The notes under the pieces are model-generated. The model saw nothing but the letters and a program-made list of their open reading frames with translations, made no database searches and had not been told where the DNA came from. Shown piece by piece: positions 27,423 through 40,770 of a DNA stretch of 64,000 nucleotides (the first letter of the stretch is position 1; the number at the start of each line of letters is the position of its first letter). The translations under genes were made by a program, and so were the position numbers. This DNA comes from Octopus vulgaris (taxonomy: Eukaryota), in the NCBI GenBank assembly GCA_951406725.2, contig OX597827.1:80848001-80912000 (forward strand), read 5' to 3'.

Positions 27423-28539
27423 TACTTGGCAATCTCACTAGAGCTGGTGCAATGACAAAAAAGAGCATCTAGAACATAGTGTAGAGGGGTTGGTGTCAGG
27501 AAGAGCATCCAGCCATAGAAACCATGTGAAAGCAGACATTGGAGGTCAATGATGTCTTGCAGCTCATTCAATCCTGTCAAACCATCTAACCTCTGATGCC
27601 AGCACAGAAAATGGATGTTAAATGATGATGAGGAATACACACACACACATATACATGCATATATACATATATACGTATAGTGTTGTGTGTGTGTGCATTT
27701 CTATGTGTGCTTATATACACACACACACACACTCACACAAACACACACATATATAGTGCCTATGTGCATATACAGGATCTGTAGTTTGTGTGTGGGGGAA
27801 TATCTGTGTGAGCATGTGTGTGTGTTGATGCCATTTTCTGTGTGATTGTCAGTATGTGTATGTGTGTGTAGACAGTAATCTCCCCACCCCCACACTTCCA
27901 CCGACGAACTTCACAGTGAAAGTGTGTGTGTAGGAATAAAAATGCAGTAATAATCCATTTGATCCATAATAGGATTAATATGTGTGTGTGTGTGTATGTG
28001 TGTGTGTTTGTATATGTGTGTGTCTGTGTGTTTGAGTCTAGGAGATTCTTAGAAGGATTGTGCCTTTGCATGTGAATGTGTGTGTTTGTGTGTGTGTACA
28101 TGAATGTTAGCAATTAGGTGTTTGCGTGTACATTTGTGTGTGAATGTGTGTGTATTCGTGTGTGCCTGGAGAGAAAGAGAGAGAGTAATAAGAGAGAGAC
28201 AGAGGGGGTGAGAGAGAATGAGAGAGAGAGAGAGAGTGGTGGTGGTGGTGCAGGACGAGCCAGTGGTATTGACCATCAAAGCTGTGACAGAACAATTAAC
28301 TGCTACAACCAACCACGACACTCCAATGTGAATCGAGAACACTAATTTAATATCTTCTTCCCAATTCAATCACCATGTGTGTGTGTGTGTGTATGTGTAG
28401 GTATGTGTATGTATATATATATGTGTGTGTGTACATGCATGTGTGTGTATGTGTGTATGCCTGTCTATGTATTTTCCTATGTATGTGTGTATATATACAA
28501 GTGTGTGTGTGTATATATATATGTATATATATATACATA

Positions 28540-28585
<46 letters not shown>

Positions 28586-29222
28586 CACATGTGCATGTCT
28601 ATCTTTCTATCTAAATATATATATATATATATATATGTCTGTGTCTGTGTGTGTTTGTGTGTCTGTTTGCGTGTGTGTGTGTGTGTTGAGTGTGTTTGTG
28701 CATGCCTATGTGTTTGTAAAAGTGTGTATGTGTGTATCTGCGTGTTTGTGTATTTGTATGAGTGACTATGTATGAGCGTGTATGTCCGTATATAGTTCAG
28801 TGTGTGTATGCGTGCATGTGTATGCGTGTGTTCATGTTTATAAACGTCTGCATGTGTGTGTGCGTGTGTGTGTTTGTGTGTGTGTTTATAAATATCTCCA
28901 CGCACGCGCATGTGTGTGTATATATACGTTTATGTATGTGTTGTAAATATGTGTGTGTGTGTGTGTGGAGCTGGTGGTGGTTGTCTTTTGACTGTCTCTA
29001 TTGTTTGGTTGAAGAGGAAGAGGAAGAAGAGGAAGAGGAAGATAGGGGAGAGCAAGGAGGAAGAGGAGGAGGTGGCGGTGGGGAGGGAGGGAGGGAGGGA
29101 GGAGTAGCGGGAGGATCCTTAATCCAACAAGACGTTTACAAAGCACGAGAAGAATCTTAAATTTAATCTGTCGATCAATGAAACACAGTGAGTTTGGTGG
29201 AACTGTTCTGGACATTATTGTG

Positions 29223-29660
29223 TAGTGGTGGTGGTGGTGGTGGTGGTGGTGGTGGTGGTGGCGGCGGTGATGGTGGAGGTGGCGGTGATGGTGGAGGTGG
29301 CAGCGGTGATGGTGATGGTAGTGGTGGTGGCAGCGGTGATGGTGGCGGCGGTGATGGTGGTGGTGGTGGCAGTGATGGTGATGGTAGAGGTGGTGATGGT
29401 GGCGGTGGTGATGGTGGCGGTGGTGATGGTGGCGGTGGTGATGGTGGCGGTGGTGATGGCAGTGATGGTGATGGTAGAGGTGGTGATGGTGGCGGTGGTG
29501 ATGGTGGCGGTGGGGTGGTGATGGTAGAGGTTGTGGTGGTGGCGGCGGTGTTGATGGTGGAGGTGGTGGTGGTGGCAGCAGTGATGGTGGTGGTAGTGGT
29601 GATGGTATTTGTGCTGGTGGTGGTGATTGTGGTGGTAGTGGTAGTGGTGGTGGTGGTGGT
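29223..29660. repeat. Compound (GGT/GAT/GGC)n low-complexity tract
   Basis: Trinucleotide mosaic; gives Gly/Asp, Val/Met and His/Pro pseudo-ORFs. Confidence 0.9.
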
Positions 29661-29982
29661 AGTGCTGTATGCTGTATTGTTGGTGAGTCTGTCAGAATTA
29701 TTCTGGACATTGTGCAGTGGTGGTTTGTGGTGGTGTTATGGTGGCAGTTAGGGTGTGGTTAGGGGTCAGCAGTTTGGTGTAGTGTGAGGTGGTGGTGGCG
29801 GTGGTGGCAGCGGCGGCGGCGGCGGCAGCGGTGGTGGTGTATTGATGTCGGATCAATTGCTATGACCGATTGATGAGATGAGTGTAAGGTGGAAGTAATG
29901 GAGAATTAAATAGTGGCAATGGGGGTGGGGTGGGTAGAAGGAGCCCAGTATTGTGTGGTGGAAGGATTGGTGAATGGGTGGG

Positions 29983-30022
<40 letters not shown>

Positions 30023-31440
30023 GAGGTGCTGGTAATAGTAGTCATAATGTAGGTTTTAAGAAATTGGTTAATGATTAAAGCTGTACAGATTTGATCAGTC
30101 ACCAAATGGAGGTGTGTAGTGTTGAGTGCTTAGACAAGAGACTCATCTCTACCAAACCTACTGTGATTGTTATTGGTGTTATTTACTACTAGATCAACTG
30201 TGATCCAGCAGACACTGACGGTTAAAAATATTCCATCTATGACCATTCCATTGATTTAAAGATGAGGTTAAACTACATTACCTTATGTGACCTTCATTTA
30301 TTTAAGACAGTACAGTGTGATTTGTGGTTCATTTGGCTGCTATTTCTAACAAAGTGAATGACTCCACACAGGCTCTCATGTTGTTGCTCTTCTTATTGTT
30401 TGATCCTCATTCACAATGCAATCCTTACGAATTTTGACACAAAGCCGGTAATTTTGAGGGGAGGGGAAAGTCAATCATATCACCCCCCCCCCCCCAGCTG
30501 AACTGGCACTTAATTCTATTGACCCTGCAAGAACGAAAGGCAAAGTCACCCTCAGCTGAGTTTGAACTCAGAACCTAATGAATTGAAAGAAATGAAGTGA
30601 AGTTAAGAATTCTGCCAGCTCACACATATAATGAAAAGTGTTCCAGCCATGACTGTCCCATCTAACCCGGTTGCTTACAGCTCTATTGTCTACAAACATG
30701 ATTTCAGTAAGGAACTTTTGGTTCCTCCCAGGGTCTTTAATAGTTCCAACACCATTATTGGTTCTGGCCATGCTGAAGTCTCACCTTTTCTACAGAATTT
30801 TGTCTTTCTGCTTTTTTTCTTTATTCTTTCACTTGTTTCAGTCATTAGACTGTGGCCATGCTGGGGCACTGCCTTGAAGAATTTTTAGTCGAATCAATCG
30901 CCCCCCACCCCAGGATATATATTTTTAAAGCCTGCTATTTATTTTGTCGGTCTCTTTTGCTGAGAAACTAAGTTACAGGGACATAAACACACCAGCATTG
31001 GTTGTCAAGCAGTGGTGGAGGACAAACATAGACATATTTATATAAACATACATACATATACATATATATATATATATAAACTCTTTTTACTCTTTTACTT
31101 GTTTCAGTCATTTGACTGCGGCCATGCTGGAGCACCACCTTTAGTCGAGCAAATCGACCCCGGGACTTATTCTTTGTAAGCCCAGTACTTATTCTATCGG
31201 TCTCTTTTTGCCGAACTGCTAAGTGACGGGGACGTAAACACACAGAATGCTAGCGGGACAAACATAGACACACAAACATTTATGACAGGCTTCTTTCAGT
31301 TTCCATCTACCAAATCCACTCACAAGGCATTGGTCGGCCCGGGGCTATAGCAGAAGACACTTGCCCAAGATGCCACGCAGTGGGACTGAACCCGGAACCA
31401 TGTGGTTGGTTAGCAAGCTACTTACCACACAGCCACTCCT

Positions 31441-31485
<45 letters not shown>

Positions 31486-31531
31486 TATATATATGTGTGT
31501 ATATATACATACATATATATATAAACATACA

Positions 31532-31624
<93 letters not shown>

Positions 31625-32950
31625 TATACCAAATCCACTGACAAGGTTTTGGTCAGCCTGAGGCAACAGTATAAAACACTTGCCCAAGGTGCCAAACAGT
31701 GGGACTGAACCCGGAACCATATGGTTGGGAAGCAAATTTTCTCTCCACAAAGCCATGCCTCTGCTTACTATATTTGTATACTTGTGTTTTTTTTAAATTT
31801 TTTTCCTTGTTTTTCTTTACTGAATCAATGTGTTTGTAGAAAGTGATATTACAAGACCATAATTTACGGAAGACGATTGGTCTGTGGAATGAGGGGGAAA
31901 TCTTTGTATTTGATGTTGGAACTCTTTAACAGGTAGCACCATCATGTTTTCTGATTTAATATTAAACAAACTGAGGTCACCTGAAGCAAGAATTCTCTTG
32001 TCAAAGAATGGTTTCACTTGATTCTCATCAGACGAAATCTTTGTGAGTTGACAGTAGATTCTTAATCAATATTCCGTGTCCTCAAGTTTGGTATTTTACT
32101 TTGAAGAGGAATTTTTCAAATATCGACGACTACAATTCTTTCTTGTCTGTCTTTTAGGATAATGGAACTTCAAAGATTCAAGTTGTTCCTTGTAATTTAC
32201 ATCTTTAACTGATTCTGTGTTCTTCGTGAAACACATTTCACAACTTCTGGTAAATATAGTTGTTATAGTTGTGGTTTAACAACAGATCAATTCCGACTGG
32301 GAAGAACTTCAATCAGGCATTCCAATCATGACCATCCTGTCTGTAACTATTCAACACAATATATCCAGGAGTACATTATCTAATGTGTCTTATATTTTAA
32401 AGACAGTAAAATATGATTTGAGTCAGATTTGGCTACTCTTTCTAGCTCTCACCTTACTGCATTTATCCAAAAGTCTGAACAATAACCAATTTGGCACCAA
32501 ATTAAGTGAAAGCAAAACACTTGATTGGTGCATATTGAATATCTCCCTCCTCATATCTCCATCACCTTTTCCATATCCGGCTACCCCTCCTTCTTATTTC
32601 CTCTCAAACATGCTTCCCCGAGAATGCATTGCAGACTGGCAACCTTCACCCTTTCACCCACCTGATTCTTAGATGTCTCCTTGAGGACCAGTTCTGGTGA
32701 CTTCCCATCATTATATCTTGCTTTCTCACTTCTCCCTATCCACCCATATATAACATGGGGCAATTCTACACCTTCCCCTACTCAATTCTTCTCCATCATC
32801 CTTACTCCCTGACCCCTGACACAGATATATATATAATATAATATAATATAATAATAATATGAGGGAATATTATTCCAAACTTACAGGGAAAAATTCAATT
32901 TAGAAATACTAAATCAAATTTCACAAAATATATATATATATATATATATA

Positions 32951-33111
32951 TAAATTAGAAAAAAAAACACCTTTTATCAATTCAATAATGAAAAATTAAA
33001 TTATACCATTTAGAAAAATATTTACATATTATAGATATAATATGTAATTTTTCTAAATGGTATAATTTAATTTTTCACTATTGAATTGATAAAAGGTTTT
33101 TTTTTCTAATT

Positions 33112-33113
<2 letters not shown>
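32951..33113. repeat. Near-perfect AT-rich palindrome inside (TA)n
   Basis: Arms of about 80 bp from TAAATTAGAAAA...TACATATTATA to the reverse complement, centred near 33034, flanked by (TA)n on both sides. Confidence 0.88.
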
Positions 33114-33151
<38 letters not shown>

Positions 33152-34072
33152 TTAATTAATAGTAAGAGATGGATTTTGTATTAGACTTTTATTAGGTACA
33201 ACATAAGTTTTGACCCATCAGTCTGGGTCTGCGGATGACAACAGGTAACCTAAACTGTGGTGGCGCCCTACTCAACACTTAAACATACTAATCGACTTAT
33301 ACTTATTTTTTTCCAAATTACTTATTTTATATATGTATATATATAAATTAATAATAAGGAGAACAGAGATTTATATTTCCAGTTTTATTCTGCAGTGAAT
33401 CACATCTTTCCATTTCTGTACCTACATGTTTCTGTTGCGACTGAGTGCACACTGCAAAACTTTGCACCTTGGTGTGCATCTTGGTGCTAATTGCTGCTTC
33501 TTTAAGGGTGCCATTAACAGCATTTCTGATTCCATCTGAACTAAATACAAGTAATTGATGCGATTGCAGAATGAAACTGGATAAGTAAATCCCTGTTCTC
33601 TTTATTATTAATTTATCATTTCTTCCCCATCGACAGGATGCAGTCTCTATAGACACACATGGATTTATTGATGGGAAGATCTACTGAGGAGAGTAAAATA
33701 AACGAACTGGAATTTTTCTGTACTCACAGGGGTTAGCCAGCATTATTAATTGGTAAAAGTGAATACAGTACCCACTAGGACTGTATATCTCTACCAACTG
33801 AATTTAGAAATTTACCCATCATCATCATCATCATCATCATCATCACCACCACCACCATACCACCACCACCACCACCACCACCACCATCAGCATCATCATC
33901 ATCATCATTTAACATCCATTTTCCCTGCTAGCACAGGTTGAACAGTTCGAGCGGGGTCTGGGAAGCCAGGAGGCTGCACCAGGCTCCAGTCTGATTTGGC
34001 AGTGTTTCTAAAGCTGGATGCCCTTCCTAACGCCAACCACTCCATGAGTGTATATATATATATAAATATATA

Positions 34073-34148
<76 letters not shown>

Positions 34149-34194
34149 AGACCAAAATATACATACGCCACTATATGTACATAAAAAAAGAAAA

Positions 34195-34763
34195 CAAAAA
34201 ATGGGACAAGAACGCAACAGGTGACAACAAAACATCCAGACAGTTGGATGATACAAAAAGGAACATGAAAAAACAAGGACAGGTCATTCAGAGCTTTCTT
34301 TCGTCAGTCGGGTTCCAGATTATCTTTGCAGTTTTGACTGGTTATACTCAAGACTGCTCCAATCTGGTGAGCCCCAAGGAAACTCTAAGCTAAGAGCACT
34401 AGATTCCTTGGAAGAAAGCAACAAATGTATAGTAAAATAAGGATGGAAAAAAAACCGGAGAAATGTTACACAAATACAAAAACAAATAACAGGACATTAA
34501 CAACAGGTGTCTTTCGACTAAGAATGAATCAAATTAAGCTGGCGTGTGTGAAAGTGAAGCCTTACGTCAGGGGCATAAGAGATGACAGGCATCAGACCTC
34601 CCCAATTCTTCTATACCTCTGCCTCTACCTCTCTCCCCTACCTCCACATGACCAGCCAAGCCTGACCTTTCTTTCTTGATTCGACTATCATCCGTGCAAC
34701 ATCTATATTCCTCCCTATGCCTGTCATCTCTTATGCTTCACTTCCACACACACCAGCTTAATT
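34195..34763. mobile_element. Penelope-like terminal fragment with internal inverted repeat
   Basis: 34195-34310 is homologous to the 5411 arm. An inverted repeat runs from AATTAAGCTGG...GCATAAGAGATGACAGGCAT (from 34532) to its reverse complement at 34717-34763. Confidence 0.55.
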
Positions 34764-35204
34764 GCGAGTGGATTTGGTAGACAGAAACTGAAAGAAGCCC
34801 GGTTATATATAATATATACATATGTGTGTGTGTGTCCAACATTGCTTGACAACCAATGCTGGTGTGTTTATGTCCCCGTAACTTAGCATTTCAGCGAAAG
34901 AGACCGCTAGAATAAGTACTAGGCTTACAAAGAAAAAGTCCTGGGATCGATTTTGCTTGACTAAAGGCAATGCTCCAGCATGGCCGCAGTCAAACGACTG
35001 ACACAAGTAAAACAATAAAAGCATACTATGTACATACAGAATATTTTATATCCCTCCCTCTTTCTCCCCCCCCCCAATATATCTTAAACAACACTCATAC
35101 ACACATTCATAAGAGAATCTGTGTATTGTATATTTATCATCACTGAAGTGTTACACATTCAAACACAGCCAAGTTATTATATTTCACAGAACACAATAAG
35201 CTCA

Positions 35205-35345
35205 TTATCATTATTATTATTATCATTATTATTATCATCATTATTATTATTATCATTATTATCATTATTATTATTATCATTATTATCATTATTATTATTA
35301 TCATTATTATTATTATTATAATTATTATTATTATTATTATCATAA

Positions 35346-35387
<42 letters not shown>

Positions 35388-35409
35388 TATTATCATAATC
35401 ATTATTATT

Positions 35410-35444
<35 letters not shown>

Positions 35445-35479
35445 TATCATCATAATTATTATTATCATTATTATTATCA

Positions 35480-35516
<37 letters not shown>

Positions 35517-35548
35517 TATTATTATTATTATTACTATTATTATTATCA

Positions 35549-35606
<58 letters not shown>

Positions 35607-35711
35607 TATCACTATTATTATTATCATTATTATTATCATTATCATTCTTCTTCTTATTATTATAATTATTGTTATTATTTTTATTATTATCATCATTATC
35701 ATTATTATTAT
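35205..35711. repeat. (ATT/ATC)n microsatellite
   Basis: About 500 bp trinucleotide tract; the source of poly-N and poly-I ORFs. Confidence 0.95.
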
Positions 35712-36622
35712 TCTCTTCCTCTAGATTTTCCTTTATCCAACTCACCATGAGATTTTTCTGCTTCTTGTTCCTCTCCCTCCTCCCCACCTCACTCCTTCTC
35801 CTCCCTTACATTCACAATCATCTCCCACCTCGTTTCATTCTTCTCGCATGATCTTCCACACACACCATTATTCCCTCTCTCTCTCTCTCTCTCTTTCTCT
35901 TTTCTGTCAATAGTCAAGACTTCCCATTTAACACCAAAATCTGTTAAAATTCCCTGCCAACTTCTCCTCTCACACCATTCACAGGTTTTCTTGTAGTTGT
36001 GACATAAGTCTTATGGAAGTCAGCCTTTCTTTTATTCAGGATTCATTTGGAAACAGATTTCTTCCAGTGAAGAAATCCTCAGGGGTTCACCCATAGTTTC
36101 AACATCATTGTTGTCATCAATGTCCTCCTCCTCCTTCCCCATTTCTTCTTCTTTGTCCACCCCTCCTCCTCCTCCTCATCTTCTTCTTATTGTCATCGTC
36201 GTCATCGTCACCACCACCACCACCACCATCGCCATAGTCGTATTCATGTGTTATCAACTCGTACCAGTGCAGTCCCAATAATAATCAAAGCTGTGTCATG
36301 GTGGTAAACGAACGTAACGTCGTCGTGTGATGTCGACATGCTACAACAGTTAAACAAATATTCCTGGTTATAATGCCGTTGCTGAAGTTATCAATTCCTT
36401 GGTGACCCCCACATTGGCACCTGAGAATCCCAGATATTGGCATGTTTGTACAGGTGGAATGACATTAAATCTTTAACTGGAGATGTTGACAAGAAGGAGG
36501 AGTCTTCTAGTGAGAAGTGACACTGCTATGAAAGCAGAGGGCTTCCCTCTTTGAGGAACGAATGTCTTGTATCTCTTCATATACAACACGTATATGCAAT
36601 CACATACACCACAACATAGCTA

Positions 36623-36654
<32 letters not shown>

Positions 36655-37629
36655 GTCTATAGTTATCTAATCTATCGATTCATAAATGTACATGCTTCTG
36701 TATGTATGGATGTATGTATCTATCTATAGGTATACATGCATACACATACACACACACACAACACACACACACAAATACACACACACACACGTATCACATA
36801 TATACCAAACTATCTGATGTGGTGTACTAGCAGCTTTTTTTTCCAATGTGCCAAAGATTGGTAATATTTCTTAATAATATTAATTTATACCAGAAACAAT
36901 ATATATAATGAATATAATTAAAGTTGACGATATATTTTACCTCCTATTTATTCTGTAAACAAATAATACAATATTACTTAAGTATTTTATAATCATTTTA
37001 TAATGCTTCTTTCTTCTCTGGAAACTCGCCACACACCGGCAGCTGATGGCTCGTGGACTGGTGCAAGTCTGTCGACCACCATGTTGAGTAGCACTGATTT
37101 AATGTACACCATATAAAGGTACAAGCTACTAATAGTCTCATGAATTGGAGATACAATTCTTGGCAGGTTTTTATAACATGCCTTGTGTCTCAAAGCAATC
37201 TTCAGGCCTTGAGCACATGATCTATACAATTGACATGACAATACACTGGGACAACAGAAATCACAAGATAAAAAACAAGAAGGTTAATGCAAAAAAGTGG
37301 AATGGTGAAAAAATGGAAAAAAGAGAAAAAGAAAAGAAAGAAAATTAAAGTTACATCACCTTTGACCATAAAGCCATTATGAAGCTGGTTGTTGTAGAAT
37401 GATTCAAAAGAGAGGGGTCCAAAGTCTGTGAGACAGCAATTTAATATGGAGAGGGTCCATATTGCCAAAAGAAATTTGTCTATATGTTTGCATTTGCTGG
37501 AAATTTTGGATCTTTAATTCAATACTGTGGTGGAATTCCTAGATCTAAAAAAGAATCTGCAATCTTTCAGCTATGCATAACTTTCATTTCTTAGATTCCT
37601 TAACATGTGGCATGGATTTCTCTACAGTT

Positions 37630-37865
37630 CTCCACATACAGTTGCTGCCTCAATATGAAGAACATTATCACTCACATGCATCGCCAAGAGCCCACTTCCA
37701 GTTTTAACTGCCGAGACCCTGAAGCTGGCCCTCTTGACCAGGTGTGTATGGTCAATTCCATCATATATGAGGCAGAAGTCTCAGCAACACTTCAAGATAA
37801 CCTGACTGGAAAGAAAAATTACATCAAGTTATGTGAAGGTGATTTCAAAAGACATTACAGTAATG
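37630..37865 (+). mobile_element. Penelope-like element GIY-YIG endonuclease remnant
   Basis: TYSCCLNMKNII...FNCRDPEAGPLDQVCMVNSIIYEAEV...NYIKLCEGDFKRHYSN matches the PLE pattern SYSC..NM..II / CNCR...CPL...C....VY.A.V / YIG..E..FK.RY.NH. Confidence 0.72.
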
Positions 37866-38059
37866 TCAGAGAAAAGCCTTGAATCAGTCTTATAAATGAG
37901 TGAACAACTGAAAGTGTCACTCGACAAATTTGGCTGGAGTTACAAGTGTTTAATAAGCAGTTTGAATCAGCTCCACATGACTTAAAGTTTCATGGGTGTA
38001 GAGTTTACATACAGCTCATGAGACGCTTTTGTGTTGTCCAGCAGAATCTGCCTCAGAAC

Positions 38060-38386
38060 ATAAGAAGGGATGAGAGGTGAAGTTGATCTTGGCAGAATTT
38101 GAACTCAGAACATAGTGACGGGTGTAATACCTATTTCTTTACTACCCACAAGGGGCTAAATATAGAGGGGACAAACAAGGACAGACAAATGGATTAAGTC
38201 GATTATATAAACCCCAGTGCATAACTGGTACTTATTTAATCGACCCCGAAAGGATGAAAGGCAAAGTCGACCTTGGCGGAATATGAACCCAGAACGTAGC
38301 GGCATAAGAAATACTGCTTAGCGACGGGTCTAATACCATTAAGCATTTCATCCAGCATACTAACGATTCTGCCAGCTTGCCGCCTT
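38060..38386 (-). mobile_element. Family-A SINE nested inside another family-A SINE
   Basis: The inner copy is flanked by the 15-bp repeat GACGGGT(G/C)TAATACC at 38117-38131 and 38323-38337. Confidence 0.8.
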
Positions 38387-39836
38387 AAATAATAATAATG
38401 ATAATAATAATAATAATAGATTCAAATTTTGCCACAAGGGCAGCAATTTTGTGGGAAGGGTTAGTCAATTATATCGACCTCAGTGTTCAACTGGTACTTA
38501 TTAGATGCCATCCATGGCAGATGCATCCGTGTAAACTTTGAGTAATGCTGAGCTGAGTCAAATTTATTTTATGTATATACATATTCACACACACACACAC
38601 ACGCACGCACACACGTACACACACACACACACCCACACACAATAGTTCAGTCAGTTTGGAGTTGAAAGTTGAAGCCCTCTTCTTAGAAAGCAGGGAGCCA
38701 TATGTTAGCAACATTACAAACTGGAAGACTTCTCACTGTTCTTGTTGAAGTACCAGTCTCAGTATTGTCCAATGTTGTGCCAGTGTGTCAAAAGGTGGAC
38801 AGAGTAAGTATTCCTGTCAGGTGTCCTGGGTTTAGATCAGATCTTTGACTTCACAGGAGGCTTATTATCTCTCATCACAGAACTCACCCATAGTGGTGTA
38901 CAATTCTAGAATAACAAAGAACAAATGAAATATTCTTGTTGGTGAGAGAAAGTTTGTTTGAGAAAATCAAAGATATGAAAGTGTCCAGTTGGTAATTGTG
39001 TCCATTTATGGAACAGCTCTCCTTCCATGCCATTCAGACTGAGAATGTCAAAGTGAGTGAGAATCATATGATTCTTCCATGAATGTATGGAAGTTATTAT
39101 TCTGCCTGAAACAGCACAAGAAGACAACGCACTTGGTGACCCCTGATAGTGGATTAGGCATCCAGCTTTATTTGTTGTTTAAGTCCAGTTCAACACTGAT
39201 AAAGGGGCTGCTGTGTAATCAAAGGTATTCCAGCCATGACTGTCTCTTCTTCTCATTATGTCAAGAAGGACAATGTCTAATACCTTCTCTGTGGGATCTC
39301 TACACCATCATTCACAACTTCTTCATACAATAGATACAATGTCTTTCAAACCTAACAATATCTGGGGTCGTTAACAATACCTAGGGTTGATAATACCCGG
39401 GGTCATTAAAGAAAAGCTTTAGCTATTTTAATTCCATTTCTCACATCATACTCAAGGGAATGGATGGGAGGAAGGCATTTATGTCAAACAGGATGTCCCC
39501 CCCCCCCCACCAACATCCAATGAAAGGCAAAAAGAAAGAGAAAGACTTTATTGGAAGTAAAACCCCGAGAACCAACATACAAACAGAGAAATCTTTACCT
39601 AAAGTCATCGCCCTCATGTTATTTATATTAAATTATTTTAAGGGAAGGGGTAAGTTAGTATCATTGACCCTGGTGCTTAGCTGGCTCTTATTTATTGGCC
39701 CCAAAGGATGAAAGACAAAGTCAACTCTGGCAGGATTTGAACTCAGATCATAAAGACAAATGAAATACTGCTAAGCATTTTACTAGGCATTCTGTTGAGT
39801 CTGCCAGCATGTCACCCATACAATGATAAAAAAATG

Positions 39837-39913
<77 letters not shown>

Positions 39914-40145
39914 GATAATGATAATGATTATGATAATGATTTCTCTTTATTTAAATATTAATGGTTATAGGCTAAAATATAGTTGGTGTGTGTCTCTGTA
40001 TTGAACTGGGAGAACCACAGTTTAGGAAACAGTACTCAATACATATAAATTATAAACTAATTAATATATATATATATATACACATGTTTGTATATATCTA
40101 TCTATCTATCTATCTATATATATATATATATATATGTAAAGATAG

Positions 40146-40526
40146 ATTAAATATAGAGATATTCTATTGACAATCCAATAATTTATTTATATTACAATAT
40201 TACATTAAATCCTAACAAAAATAATTATAAAAAACCATAAAAGGCCAACAGAAATTTAAATTAATTTTTATAAACCCAGCTGTCCTTTTAGACGGGATTT
40301 CGTCTTTCTGAACCAAGGACCCTGAAGTGACTTATATATAATAGAACTGTGATTATGTATATTAGAAACAATATATATTAGTTGAAACAATTTGTTGGCC
40401 TTTGACAGATTTTATAATTATTTATATGATATCATGTTATGTTACATATCATATTCATAGTTTCTAATGTAATATTGTAATATAAGTGAATTATTGAATT
40501 GTCAATAGAATATCTCTATATTTAAT
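40146..40526. repeat. Foldback element flanked by TA-rich microsatellites
   Basis: Outer arms of about 60 bp (ATTAAATATAGAGATATTCTATTGACAAT...) plus an inner inverted segment AATAATTATAAAA...AAAGGCCAACA. Confidence 0.82.
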
Positions 40527-40635
40527 ATATCTTTATTATCGAATTATACCCATATTTATATGGTATCCAACTGAAGTACCAGAGAAATGGATGTTTAACA
40601 CACCCCTTCGAAGGATTTCTTTTCCTCAGTTTATT

Positions 40636-40691
<56 letters not shown>

Positions 40692-40770
40692 CATACATGT
40701 ATATCAATATCTATCAATATATATGTATGTATATATATATATCTATGTCTGTATACAAATATATGTATAT

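Noticed and set aside
28886-29751. His/Pro-rich and Gly/Asp-rich ORFs resembling structural proteins
   Set aside because: A trinucleotide mosaic open in several frames on both strands, with no signal peptide or splice context.
36300-36570. Possible exon in complex sequence
   Set aside because: The frames I read were short with no recognisable motif or convincing splice pair.
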